DNA from: Alloascoidea hylecoeti
Taxonomy: Eukaryota
DNA: 64,000 nt
Assembly: GCA_001600815.1 (NCBI GenBank)
Contig: BCKZ01000013.1
Span: forward strand, 1-64,000
Reading direction: 5' to 3'
The notes under the pieces were generated by a model. That model was not told the DNA's origin. It was given only the letters and a program-made list of their open reading frames with translations, and did not search any database. Made by a program: the position numbers and the translations under genes. Each line of letters opens with the position of its first letter. Positions within the stretch are counted from its first letter, which is position 1. This document shows positions 37,263 through 51,583 of this stretch, in pieces.

Positions 37263-40200
37263 GATGGTTGGTATAGAGTGGATACTTGAGAGGGATGTTG
37301 AGTGTACGACCGTATGGGAAGAAGAAGAAGAAAAAAAGGGAGAAGCAGGGGCGGCTGACCTTATATTAATAGCACAGGGCTCAGATTGCAAAGAACTTTG
37401 TTCGGAATGAAGCTGACGGGTACTTTTCAGAGACAGAAGCGAAGATTTACCGGATACGGAAGATAATACGCCCTTGGGAGCTAAAATAGCCTCAAGCAGT
37501 AATTGTGAAGGGTCATTCTTGTGCACCAAAACGGAATTTGTTAATGCAAACATTACTGGAATGTGCAAAAAAACTTATAATTATTAAGGCGGTCGCGGTT
37601 TTGTTTTGTTTTGTTCTCACCTGCACCCGCACACGACCCCGAATATTAATGTTTTTTGTCCTCTGTCTTTAGTTCAACAAACAGGATCACCAACGAACTT
37701 ATTTCTTCTTGAAAAGATTGAAGACTCAATAGTTCTGAGTTTCTTCGAATTCTTCTCGGTTTCCTTTAAAATTTAAATTTAGACTCGAATAGACTCTTTG
37801 TTACGGATCGAAACTGTATATATGCGGCTCCGAACTTTGTTCCGTTAGGTGACCACACGCGCAATATTAACTTTAAATAAAAGTAGGTTTGTAAAATTCA
37901 CAACAACAATAAACAGTGATGGGGAAAAAGAAGAGTGTAAAAATGGAATTAGAAGGAGTCTCTTCTTTACAATGCGTGCTTCCTATCTCCTCATATATAC
38001 TGTATGTTCAATTGAATTTAAACTGCGAAGCAGACGTTCTATTAATCTTGTTATAGCCTTTAAGATCCCAAATATATAATTAGATACTGTCCGGTTCTCA
38101 TCCTGCTATATCCTTACAGACTGATTATGGCCTGATCCCACTTCAGCTTCCGCGATTAGAAGGTTTCCTACTGGTTAAGCTAACGCTTTCCTAACTTTGT
38201 CACTCGATAAAAAAGCAATTGGATGCATTGACCTCAGAGTCACCTATTATCAATTATTGCATCCAATAACAGCTGCAGCCCTGTTCTTTTTCTAAAATCC
38301 CAACTGAAAGTTTGAAACCCTAAATTAAAATGAGATCTGTTTTTTAAACCGCTTTCTGAATTTTCTGAGAAAACAACAATGAAATATCGAACTCTACAAT
38401 TCATATGCAAAAAGAGATCAATTGCAAGCATTCTTTCATATCATTAGCTCACTGCGGCTGACTCGTACATCGTGTTTATGTACTTCTGCACCAACTACCT
38501 GACCCATTAGACAACTTTAGTTGATAAAACAAAAACTTTTAATAAAACAAGTTGTTACCTTTCATCCCCCAAATACCGAATTTTGAAAGAATCAACGCAA
38601 ATCATTTTATATAAAAGCTTCTTATCTGCAACTGTCATCTTTATTCTTACTGGTTTCCTGATTTGAGCAGGATCAATGAGCATCACGGTAACAATTCATC
38701 ATGTATTCATGTAACTATTTATAAAAGGCGTAATTTGTTGCCGTGGGACCCTACGTTTCCAGTTCTGCTATAGTTGTGTGATGCAAACAGTATGACAGAT
38801 AACTACAGGCTAGCACTTAAAAATAGCTATAGCCTTATAAAACTTATTGTCGCTAAATAATTTACAATAGTGCAACAAAAATAATAAGGCTTCTAACAAT
38901 AAAACTTTAAATTTATCACCATCATTTTCAGTCCTAACTTAAGACCAAATAACTTGTTGCTAGAGGATTTATGACTTTTTTTAAATTAAAATGAAAATGA
39001 TTTTTAAAGGAAATGATTTTCATTTTAAACTTCCAATTGCAAATTGCAATGTAATTAATTGCATATATATTGTATTAATATTATAATTTATACTGATACT
39101 GGTTTTAAATTGGTTTCAATCATTTGATTGGCACACGTGAAAATTATTGTAAAACATTCATGTTCGAGAACTACGTGATTTTAACTCTCATTCACATAAT
39201 TAATAAGACATTTTGACAGTTATGAGAAGATATAGCTATATGGGAATGAGAATGAGAATGTATAAAATTAGAACACCACTGATATAAAAATAAGTTGTCC
39301 AAACAACTTGAGAACATGTAATCAATGTAATGCCAGGGTGGGAAAGATCGCGATAGCTAGATCTTTTTTTTCTTTTATATGATCATTAAATTTATATTAT
39401 TCCTAAGCTTAAGTTTGCATAATTACCCTTGCATATTAATCTTACTCTCCTCTAAGCTTAAGAGTAATTCTAAGTGACCCTGACAGGTTTTTTTTTTGCT
39501 GAGCCAATATTAAGTTTTTCTACTATTTTCTACATATCCGGGGCCGTTAACGTTTAGAATTTCTTTAATATTAAACATATCTCATTTACATCAACTTCAA
39601 TGTGACATATAAGAGAAGGTATTGTAGGACTTTTTTATGAATAATTTTCGTTAATCATACCTTTCAATTTTAATTATAACAGGTTTTTCATCTTAAATAA
39701 TGTAAAGAAAATTCTCTTGCTACTGATATAAGCAGAGTGGATTCATGGATGTGAATGCTAATTATAATTAATATTGGTCTTCGATATAAACTCACACAGT
39801 TGATCATGAAAAGTCTATAAATGTTGTAATTTGCAAAAAATGTCATACACAGATGCATGATCGATATCTATTTATACTTCAATATTCTTTATTCATTCTG
39901 AAGTGAAGCACAAAGTAGACCAGAATGTATAGCGCTAGCTATAATAATATAGATATAGATAGCTGGTAAAGTGTAAGAAGGAATTGATAAATGAACAACG
40001 ATTGCATAGAAGTTTCTATTTACCAGGAATATCACATGCGATTGATGTTTCAAGCTTATGACACATCGGGCAAATATTAATAGTCAATTATCTACAAAAT
40101 AAAGATATAAAAATCATGAATAAAAGCAGACATTCCTAGTTTAGGTCCAGAATCTACTACCTACAACACTCAAACTTATTCGGATCGATCTATCTGACGT

Positions 40201-42554
40201 ACATTATCTTATCTTTTTTTAAGCAGGCTATTATATGAGCAATGGCAAGTCTAATCACTATATGACAGATTTATATTTACTTTCAAAACTAAGGCCTATC
40301 TTTCACCTTATGGAAGAACAATATAAATTATTAGGAGAAGGTGTGCTGTGGAGAGTATTAACGACGAAAAACATGATATCAATACTAGTTAAGTTTTAAA
40401 CTTATTTATCCTTTTCTACATTCACCAGCTGTAACTACAATAGTACTATAAATACAAATAATAGGTAGATTAGAGGGAAATAAGATTGACCTTCTGATCC
40501 TTCTTGTTACCAGGATTTTGAAGTTCCTTCATGGAATTAATGGATGTTTCTCCAGATCGTACGCTTAGATCAGAATTCAGTTTTTATCCAGGGAGAGGAT
40601 ATATTATTGCAATATTGATTATAGTTCTATAACATAAACGATATCAATACTATACATAGTTCTAGCAGACAACAGTACTATTAACAATACCGCTACATTA
40701 ATTAGAAATGTATCACGTTTGTCATTGCAATTGATTAATCGCAATTAAAATTAAAAATGATATAAGGAATTAATAAATTAATATTAGTTGATAATAAGTT
40801 AAAAGTATCAAATCATTATTTATACTTGTTGTGTGTTGTTTATCCGTATTAATTGGTGGGATATCGCGATTTTAAAGGTTGTGATCGCGATCGTTCTCAA
40901 TCATCTACCGTATATTAATTGTTAAATATTAATATCGTTATCGTCATTTATGTTAAATAGATAGAGATGATCTCAATATTTCACAATTTCACTTACAATT
41001 GCAAAATCACATGCATCTTCAAAATAGAAAGACAGCTATAATCGTCCAAATGTGGACCAAACTAGCTGCAAATATATTAGGCTCTGCAGGAGCTGCACAA
41101 ACAAAAAGTAAGCTTAAACCAATTAAGAATATATCAATTCCAGATTTAATTATAGTTCATACTATTTAAGTTTAACGAGTAAATTTTAGTTATGTGTGAT
41201 TGATGTGAATTTTTTCGAAACTAAATTCTTTATAATTGATATTGATTATCTATATGGAATTAGAAATGTAACTAAATTTTAAACAGATCAATACCCACAT
41301 CTAAGGTTATAATGTCGAGATACATGTTTTATATAAAGCATAAGCTTATATATTCAAGTATAAAATGTACATCAACTTCTTTCTTATACTTTGTGTATTA
41401 TTTAAAATTTGTATGCTTCCAATTGAAAATATTACAGTTCCATTTGTAATAAAAATGACGACATCAAAGATTTTTTAGATCCATATATTGGAATATAGTT
41501 AGTAATTAGTTAGTGCTTGTTTAAGCTTAAGTTCGCACATCATATCTTTCTAAACCGTTTTGAATTCCTTCGGATTAACTAGAATTTTTCCTATAAAAGG
41601 GGCATTGTATTCGCATTCGATCCCACCACCCCCCCATTTACAGTTACACGTAGTAATGTTTCTAGCTGGAAATTTAGTCAAGGGTATCTCCGACAGCTCA
41701 TACCAACGTTACCTACTGTGAGGAAGCCAGTCTACGCTTCTATTTTGAGATATAAGTTTATAAACAGCATGGTTTGACACTCGGACGAGTAAGGGTATTC
41801 GGAGAGGTCTACTAGTTACAGCTGGTTCAAGTCTAAGGTTATGCTTTTATTTTTTTCGAACGCCACTCCAAAGACCTCCCTAAGAACCCTTCTGAAAAAA
41901 TTGAGGCTTGTAAGGCCTTCTTTGAATAAGAATTGCCAAAGGAACAGACAAATATGGTCTAAAGATTGGAATGGTCTCATGACGTTTGTATTGTATTCAG
42001 TGAATATTCGGCCGTTACAGAATTCGGATCCGGAAACGTATACGTATATGTCCGATAACAGTCAAGACAGGCCTTTGAACCTCAAAATATTTATAACTAA
42101 GGAAATCTGTGCCTATGAGCCTTACAGTCTGGATGTAATTTGGAAAAAGAGGTTGTAATTCAAAGTAGAATGGTTCATAATGCCTCATAGAGCGGTGGCT
42201 GTTTATGATGTAAACATTGTGATGCGTGTAAACAGTATACTAAATTTCAAATGGCATTTTAAATCCATATAGACTAATAAATAATCTAGAATTTACGCAA
42301 CACTATGCACTATTCTGAGAACCTTATAAGATCTTATATTTGTTGAAATGTGTTATGATCCAGATGAATTCGAAGCCTTCAACCGTAGGGGATTCAGTAC
42401 CGTAAGACACATGCTAACAACTCTTCTGGTGTAACGCCTCCATGAATAAAATAGCCCACAAAACTCACTGAAGGGGCAGGAAATCAACTCTGAGTAAAAG
42501 CTTCCCCACTAAATACACTTGGTAGGCTGCCTACAGAGTTCCACATTGACCATC

Positions 42555-42711
42555 TAAGAACCCTTCTGAAAAAACATGAATATATTTGATATTTTCTACG
42601 TGTAAAAGGCGTTATCTTCAGATCATATCATTCTGTTCCTTTGGTTCCTCTCATTTAGGAATGCCGAAAATGTTCCATATCCACACAGTTTCAGAATTCG
42701 AAGGGTTCTTA
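42555..42711. mobile_element. MITE-like element (157 bp) with terminal inverted repeats
   Basis: TAAGAACCCTTC (42555-42566) ... GAAGGGTTCTTA (42700-42711); the outer TA could be a target duplication. A related copy starts at 41880. Confidence 0.5.
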
Positions 42712-45700
42712 AGTGATATTTGCAGGAAGCTTTTACAAGTCTAAGAATTTGATTTAATGCTATTCCCGTAAGTTTTTCAAGCTTTCTAATTTGAGGAGGT
42801 GTTAGCCAGTTGCAATTTCCTTTTATAATTACTGTTACTTGAAATCTCGCTTAACGGAATTCTAGAAGTCATTCTATGTAGTATATTTAAAACGAAGGGG
42901 GTTTTTGCGAGCTTAGCAGGGCTACCTTTTCCCATCTAACAACGAATGTTTTAAACGAAAAAAAAAATGACATCAATTGCAAGACTTATATGAGCTAACC
43001 AATTAGTGAAAGATATTTCGGAGCTAATGTTAATAAAAAGTATTATAACTTATAATGATAAGTGATTAGATTCGGTCTCCTACCAAAAGGAATCCCTCTG
43101 ACGCCGCATATGGGAAGTAAAATCGGAGCATATGCATACATAAGACTGATATTGATTTTGATCTTATTTTTCTGATGTTTTATATCACATTCATTTCACT
43201 TATAAGGTATAGGTTTTCCACATTTTAATTGTTTCTTGAGCTTTAATTTAATTTGATTAATAGATATTTTTATATTGGTACAGGTATTAGAGCGCGAGCT
43301 CCTATGAATATTTAACTCTCTATGATGCTCTTAATGGAGGTGATGGAGAAAAACAAAATTCTTACGAATCCCTGCATGCTGTTATTTTTGTGAATTTTGA
43401 AAAAGAATGGTATATTGGTCCTCTACTCATTTTTAATATTTCCTCTCGTTTCCATCCTCTCAGATCGCATTTTACCTTTATGTGCAACAATCTACAGAGA
43501 AAAATTAAGTGTAAACATTCTTTATGGTAGTACTGTACTTGATTTTCTCATCTATAGGCACAAATAGTTTCTCTACAAAAATATCTATAGTTGCATTGTT
43601 TCCAAAAAGAGAAAAAGTTAAAAGAGTAAAAACACCTCGTAGAAAATATCTTAAGATTAATATATAAAATTAATTCTAGCTGGAGGTGAATTTTACGAGA
43701 ATACAACTCAGCTGCAGGGTCAACCAAAAAAAAAAAAAAAAAAAAAAAATTCATAGATTGTACCCCTTCGCTGCTTTTCATTGTAAAGTTGTTCCTTTCT
43801 AAAATTTAAGTTAAACAAATTTTTGATCTCTTTGTGTCAAAAATTAAACCAAATTTTATAGACAATTTTCTAAATAATGAGCTCTTTTAATGTCTCTAGT
43901 GCTGGTAATCGTGTATCTTTGATAGACATAATCTTCATCCAGATATAAAGAGTCAGGTAATTTAAAATAATCAGAAGATGAGTCTTTTAATTTATATTCT
44001 TGCCGAATTAGATGGGTTGCTGATGATTTGAATAGTTGCAGTATAGAGAGTTTGAAAAAGTCATGATGTTTTCAAATCAATTGTGAATCGTCAAAAACAC
44101 CAAAGCAACCGACCGCTAAACAAAAACATCAGCGACTTTGAAAAAAATTATATCAAAATCATAAAGTTGTGTTCATAACGAGAGCAAAAGTATTGATTCA
44201 AAATGATCCAAAACAACCACAAAAATGGTCGAATCCCATAGTTTGTGAAATACAATTTTCCCGTGGTGTTCACCCAACTAGTTTTCAAAAAGAAAATGTT
44301 CTTTCAATATTTCCATGTTCAACTTCATCTTATTATAATGTGAAGTTAGTTTGTCCGGCCTTCTTATCTTGATCAATCACTGAAATAAAATGAGCGTTTC
44401 TCATAGTTATATGTAATGATACTGATATCGATATAGATATTTATTTTAGTATTGACTACTGACGATCATGGTAAAGAAAAAGATCTCGAGTGTTTTTAAC
44501 GTTATATATAAGCATAAATAGCATTTGTATAAGTCAAGGAGGTATAAAAAATAGTGTTATATTTAGAACTTACATGTATAATATCTTATCATATGTCATA
44601 CGGATTTATCATACCATGGCCACTTTTGAGATAATGTCATATTAATGCTATTAATAAAACTTAATACTTACAAGCTATTATTAGTACTTTACTACATTTG
44701 TTATAACTACTTGGTAGGTACTTAGTATCTGTAAGCATTTGCTACTTATATAAATTATCATTGATTACTTGCAATTGGGCTTAATAAGTCTAACAAATAA
44801 TAGTGTTGAAACTATAACGTCAAATAACATAATTATAATCGAGTTTATAAAAATTAAGATAGCAATCTCGAGCTTCTCTGAGATATCCCAATACATACAT
44901 ATTTATAATTAGATTTTTAGTGGGTATTAGGTAAGGTAGTTATAAATTTCACTGTATATGCATAATAAATGGATTGAAAAAATAATATTTATATTTTAGG
45001 CAGTACTGTTAGATTTACTTAACGTTACCATAAATTAAACATATGTTATTTTTTTTGAACTTAACATTTCTAAATTCATTGGTGAGTTATTCTAGCACCA
45101 AGGTAATCTTGGCTTATGCTAAAGCTAGTGTTCCACTGCCTATTTCGTAAAACTCTACTGATCTTTTTGGATGGATACCTTACTGATTCTCCTGTGTCTC
45201 TTCTAAGATAAGTAACTCTTATATAGACCATAAATAAATTTGTTAAGTCTTAAAACCAGTTTTAGTTATATGCTTGCAGTTTGCTATGTCACTTATAATA
45301 TGGAAAATCGAAGTAATATGGCTATAATTAGAGTTCTAAGTAATCATCAAATATAGAAAGGCCAATCGATTCCTAAGAAAATTGTTATAAAAATTCTAAA
45401 CAAATCACTGATTAATTTTATATAAAAATGGTTATTGTACATTTTTAAATAAATCGTTGGGTTTAGAGTTTAAGAAGACCCAATAAATTTCAGTTAATTT
45501 AACCGCCAATTAATTTCCAGACAATTAAATTTTTAAGTTAACCACTGATTACCTACTACTTGGTTGGTGAATATTCTCAGAAATCCCGAAAGTAATGTAT
45601 ATTCGCTAAATATCTGTAGGTCTATATTGATTCATTAATTGATATTAGCTTCATTTTGGACGAATAAGTTTCAACTAAGACGGAAAACTTTTCAAAATAT

Positions 45701-48700
45701 ATCTTAGAAATCATATTTAAATGAACAATAACATCTATGAGCTTGATATAAGATATTATATATTATCTCTAATTTTATCCTGGGCAGCTCGGACTCATTA
45801 GCTAAGATTCTTAACATACACAACTGTACTCATTTAAATAAGTACAGTTGAGTAACTATAATGGATTACAGAAATAAAAAAATGTAATACATGGAGAAAA
45901 GGAGGTATTAAAGATGTACTCGCACAAGTCAACCATTATATTAACATCTAGGTTGCAGCTGGTCGAAAATTTAGATGTATCTTACAGTCGGCAGTATATA
46001 TGATCGATTATAATTTATATTTCTTACAATTATACTAAAATAGGATATCAGTTCCAGATAATAGTTTAAGGAATTTAAGGGGAAATATGGATTCTGTTTA
46101 TTATGGTGGTAGTCTAGATGAATCAATTAAAAGCAATCAGCTATTCTAATTATCCAATTCCGCAATTGCAAATAATTGTGTAAATAAATGAGAACCTTTT
46201 TTGGATGATGTTGAATAGTAGTTATATTTATGTATATGACGCTCTTAGAGTAGTCGACTTAAGGTCATATCGCTTTTTGGCGCAACCAGTTCGATACATG
46301 TTTGATAATATTGTAATTGTAACTATGAGTAAATTTGAAATGGGTAGGTATACAAAGACTATATATCTTCTCGACTATATATAATTAACTGGGATTGGGG
46401 CTTGCTCCTGTAATTATATTGTTGATGATGCTATACCGCGGTAATACATATGCAGATCTCATCATTTTCCAACCACCTCTAAGATTGAGGAAAATTCCTT
46501 TTGGACATCTTCATACTTGAAAAGACTTCCAGAGTAACTATGAGTCTAAGTCATCAAATAGAAACCTAACACGTCTTTTGTTATTAAATTCCAGAATGAA
46601 CAATTTGGAGAAGCACATGGAAAGAAACCATCTCGAATATTGAGCATTGTGTAATATAAAAGTTTCCTTATGATAGTCAGAGGTTAGTTAAAAATGAATC
46701 TGCATGTGAGTAAATATATCAACAACTTATCTTGTATGCATAACGTATGATAATATGTGTCAAAAAATCAACTCCAATATATATTGTATACATTAATTTT
46801 AAATTCAATGTGATGTATAATATATTGTTGAACTTTCCACTAACTAGATGCACCCATATTTTCCATAAATGCACTAACTAACTGCAAAAGAATTCATTCA
46901 TTTTTGTAATACTTATGTATATCGATAATTTTTCAGGAAGGTGGGATCAACCAAGCAGTGAAGCTTAAACTTAGGTAATTGTAATTACAGTCACACCAAT
47001 AATAAAAGTGATAACGAGCTATGGAGTCCATTATACTAATTATGAAGTTGCCTTTTTTCTGTTTGTTAGCGCAATTATATTATAGTTAATATCAAGATAC
47101 ATATTAGAGATTCAATATGTATGAATACAGTTAAAAAATGTATGGCTATACTACTACTAGCACTGCTAATATCTGATATAGCTAATACCAACTATAAGAT
47201 ATAACTACGTACAATAATTTATAAACTAGTACTAACTTCACCTTATATATAAATCATCATGAAACATAATGTAATTGTAAGGTTAAAACTTAAGATGACC
47301 ATGCAATTGGTACAATAAGTTACATTGATATCTTTCTAGCTGCAATATGTAAATCATATATAAAAATACAATAACCCTCCAAAGAGTTGAATTCTCTTAT
47401 TAGAAACAAAAACTCGATAACATATTTGAGATAGATTGTTTTGTATGATAGGGATTTCATGCTGTCCTAGTCCCAAATAGTAATTCATCTGGATGCAGTA
47501 AACTTGCTATGCTCAAAAATTTAAAATTTCTGCCGAGGAGAACTTAAATAGAGAGGTCTTCTTAAAAGGAAGGTGAATTTTAGATGTTCTCGAATCATGC
47601 CTTTAACTGAACCCAAAAACGGATCGATTGAAAAAATGTGCATTTGCATTGTCCTCACTCCCACCTCTTAACAACATATGTATCTAGTCTCGAGAAAAAA
47701 TTCATTATATCGAAATATAAACCAACACACAATGGGAAATTACATTTAGTAAAAATTGGTTCTGTGAATAATGAAGAAATTATGGTATTATGAATCAGTT
47801 CTATTATCAAGAGGAAAGAACATATTGAAAATTAAAAGAGTTGTATTGGTTGATTATACAGCGGTAGTTTCAGCAAAGAGAGCTCAACATGTATAATTGC
47901 AATTGATAAAGCATCAATAAATGTTTCACATACATATATGCAATTTTTGGTACATATATAATCTCTAATTTCGAATATTATATTAATAATATAAAATTCA
48001 TTAATGTTATGGTAATTAATTTATATTCAGATCTGCAGAAGAAGTTGAGTATAAGAAGCTTATAATTATGATGTGATGATGCATGGATAGCCCCTCCAGC
48101 GAATCAATACAATCGATAAAACAATAATGAAGATACTCAAGAACATTCGACTATATAGTTACAGTAAGTTGATATATATTTCATTTGTTAATTATAAAGT
48201 TCACAGTGGCTAATTTTTTTTACGTTAAAATATCTACGATTCTACGGTGATCATGATCCAATATTAACATGTATTAATTACAAGTAGCTGCAGCGATCAC
48301 ATTGTAGATTCCTCTTCTTGCATATGCGCATGAAGGAGAAATTTTTGAACAAACTGAGTTCGAGGAAGCAGCCGAGAGATAGAAAAGCAATCGTTAAATA
48401 TAGAGTAAAAACATTTGTTCAAAGATAAAAAGATAATCGTTCATATCTTTGAAATGGTCCGAATGTTTGAATTTGAATTTGTTATTTTTGTATGTAATTA
48501 TCGACTGATTCTGAACATAAGGCAAGCCCTCAATTTCAAAGCTTATCAAGTATATGCACAGAAAATCACCGCAGTTTGAAGTGTCAACGAAAGACGTCAA
48601 TCTTAGTGCTTAAATGTTGTATATATCACAAGTTTCCATTAACTTATATATAACTTATACAATAGTGATTCATACGATATCCTAAATTAACACGTCTACA

Positions 48701-49088
48701 TTCAGGAAAAGATCGTTGGTTTAAAATTGTTCAGTTTGGTTTAATTAATTAAATTAGCGAACTGCCTTTTTTGCCAATAGCAGAGCGTACAGAATGCACA
48801 GAACACTAAGTGGCAATTGCGGCATGCATAATGTATTATCTGCAGGCTCCTATTGGCTCGCTGCACGTCTAGAAGCTAGAGATTCCCAATGCAGTCGAGG
48901 ATTGCCTTCGGCAGAGATGCATGTCCGGCAATCAGCATTCGTGCATCCAGTCATGCAAGAGAGAAAGTTGCTCAATTTGTTTTCCCACATTTGCATTCCA
49001 TTTTTCTTTCTTCTGTTTTTTTTCTCTTCAACATTCGACAAGAAGTAAACTACTTATATTCATCTATATTTATACTAAACTATTACCA

Positions 49089-50471
49089 ATGGCTCGCTCT
49101 AAAGCATCCACTCATAAATCAAACGTTAAGGCTGAAACTGGCAACTCTTCTCAGAAGGATACGAAGCCGCAGGTGGGCGGACAGCAGGGACCTCCTGGTG
49201 ACCAACCTATCCTACAGGTCGCCATGAACGCGAATGCTCCAAAGGTCACTACCACTTTTTGGGAGGATGAAAACACTTTATGCTACCAGGTTGAGGCTCG
49301 TGGAATTTTTGTGTCAAGACGCGCAGATACCAACTTCATCAACGGAACAAAGCTTTTAAATGTTGCTGGCATGACAAGAGGCAGACGAGACGGGTTATTG
49401 AAAATTGAGCCTGTTAGACAGGTCATGAAAATCGGGGCTATGAACTTGAAAGGTGTCTGGGTTCCTTTTGATCGTGCTATTGACTTTGCAAAACGCGAGA
49501 ATATTTATGATGATTTGTATCCATTGTTTGTGGAAGATATAAGAGCAGTGCTGGATAGAACCAGCGTGGTTTGGCATGCTGCATCCCAGAACCGAAGCTC
49601 TATTCCTGGTGTCGGAGCATACCCAATACAATTGAATGAAGACCCTAATATGTTTAATTCTTCCGAGAAACATAAATCCGCTAAAGCTAGAAATTTAAAG
49701 GAAAGCTCTAAGTCTATGAGTGTTTTGAATTTCAAGCAGAAAAAGGGCAAAAACAACAAGCAGGATGCATCAGCTCAAAATGTCATTACACCAAACCCTG
49801 CTTATGGATACCCTTCAAATGGAGCACAAGATGGTTCTCAAATCCCGCCTGTTAATGGATATCAAGGCTATCCTCAACCTCAGCAATATCCATACTACTA
49901 CCAACCTTTCCCACCTCAACCTCAGGGAAACGGAATTAACGGCTCCATACCGCAGGCCCAGTATCCAGTAGCACCAATCCCATCCTCTCAATTAGGGTCT
50001 TCAGGAACTCCAGGTAATGCTACTAATTCTCCAAGTTCTCAACCAGGACAGGGGGCACAGCCTTATGGATATCCTCCTGCATATCCTCCATACTACGGTT
50101 TTTACCCATATTATCAACCATCTCCCAATGGAAATGGCCAACAGGGTGTACCACCACCAATGTATCCTTATAATGTTTCTGCCTACAATTACAGTCCACA
50201 GCCCAAACCTCCAAAGCCTACTGAAGAACAAAAATCAATTGCAGATGATTCTCAAAACAACATTCAAAGTGATATTCCAAATAATACTCAAGGTGATAAT
50301 AAAGATATCCAAAATGATAATAAAAATGGAGATCAAAAAGTAGAAGAAGCCCAAGAAGCAACCTCTGATGATGAAACTAAAAGGGTTCCTAAAAAACGTG
50401 GTAGAAAGCCAAAAAAGGAATTAGATGAAGCTAACAAATCTGATTCTCTTAAGAAAACTCGAAACAAATAG
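49089..50471 (+). CDS. APSES-domain transcription factor (Efh1/Efg1/Sok2-like), 460 aa
   Basis: [45 protein letters not shown]...[16 protein letters not shown]-rich region. The likely start is MARSK at 49089 rather than 48921. Confidence 0.92.
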   Translation: MARSKASTHKSNVKAETGNSSQKDTKPQVGGQQGPPGDQPILQVAMNANAPKVTTTFWEDENTLCYQVEARGIFVSRRADTNFINGTKLLNVAGMTRGRRDGLLKIEPVRQVMKIGAMNLKGVWVPFDRAIDFAKRENIYDDLYPLFVEDIRAVLDRTSVVWHAASQNRSSIPGVGAYPIQLNEDPNMFNSSEKHKSAKARNLKESSKSMSVLNFKQKKGKNNKQDASAQNVITPNPAYGYPSNGAQDGSQIPPVNGYQGYPQPQQYPYYYQPFPPQPQGNGINGSIPQAQYPVAPIPSSQLGSSGTPGNATNSPSSQPGQGAQPYGYPPAYPPYYGFYPYYQPSPNGNGQQGVPPPMYPYNVSAYNYSPQPKPPKPTEEQKSIADDSQNNIQSDIPNNTQGDNKDIQNDNKNGDQKVEEAQEATSDDETKRVPKKRGRKPKKELDEANKSDSLKKTRNK

Positions 50472-51583
50472 ATTAGACCATAAGATGAGAGAGCTATAAA
50501 TTTTTTTATTATTATATGTTTTTTGTTTTTTTTCGTTTAAATATATAGGTATATCTTTATTTATATATATTTACGCTCGTTTGTACTTTATTATATGATG
50601 ATAGTGTATAGTGGATTGCAATTGCTTTCTATTGTTTTATATGTTCTAAGGCTAATTAATGTTGAATTGAACTCAAATATTTCTTAACTTACATACATAT
50701 ATAATCAAATACTTAATTGAATTTGTATTTTTGCACTGCGGCTGTTATTTAATTGGTAATTATAGCGTGTAGTTACATTAATACAAGCATTGAACACTAT
50801 TATATTATTAATGGATTTTTGTCAACTAATTAGAATGAATAATAAGTATACGTACTGTATGAATTTGTGAATCTATGTATCGATGTATAAAGCATATCGT
50901 CGATTCAATTTGAATCTAGTATTAACATTATTTATAGCTAATTGATCTATAGCGACAATGTAGTAATCAATTGGGTTATATTATTGTCTTAAAATTTAAG
51001 TTGTATTGTTTGAAGTTTTTAAAAATATGCAACTCATTTTTTTACGCATCTCCTCAATTGCAATATCCAAGCAGCTAAGTTTAAAATAAAGAATGAAAAA
51101 AAATATTTAGGTGATACAGATTTACACACATATATATATTTATGTATATACAGATAAATAGATAGTCCTAAATACTTGTTTTTCAACGTAAAGTTTAGCG
51201 AGTGAATATCAATATGAAAATATAGTTAGCTCTCATATCATATAGACCATAATAAAATATGATAATGCATATGTGCGACTATAACCACTACTTCCAATAT
51301 TAATTGCAAGACATTATCTCCAAAACTATACACTACACAGTGCATTCTCCAGATAACCATGTAGTAAAAGAATTAACTACAAGTTATAAGAAGTGTTAAA
51401 TTTGATATTGTCAATTGCAATATCTCAATCAAACAATTATAAGCCCTCTTCACCAGAAATAAATGTGGCTTCAATAAAAAAAAATTTGTAATCAAACGTT
51501 TGAGTATTTGAATCAATTTTGTATTTTTTTCGTTTCAGCTTAGGTTTGAAAGCTTTTTGAATATCAACAGATAGTGTTATTAA

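Noticed and set aside
48921..49088. N-terminal extension of the second APSES ORF
   Set aside because: T-rich, non-coding-like sequence; ATG 49089 is the more plausible start.
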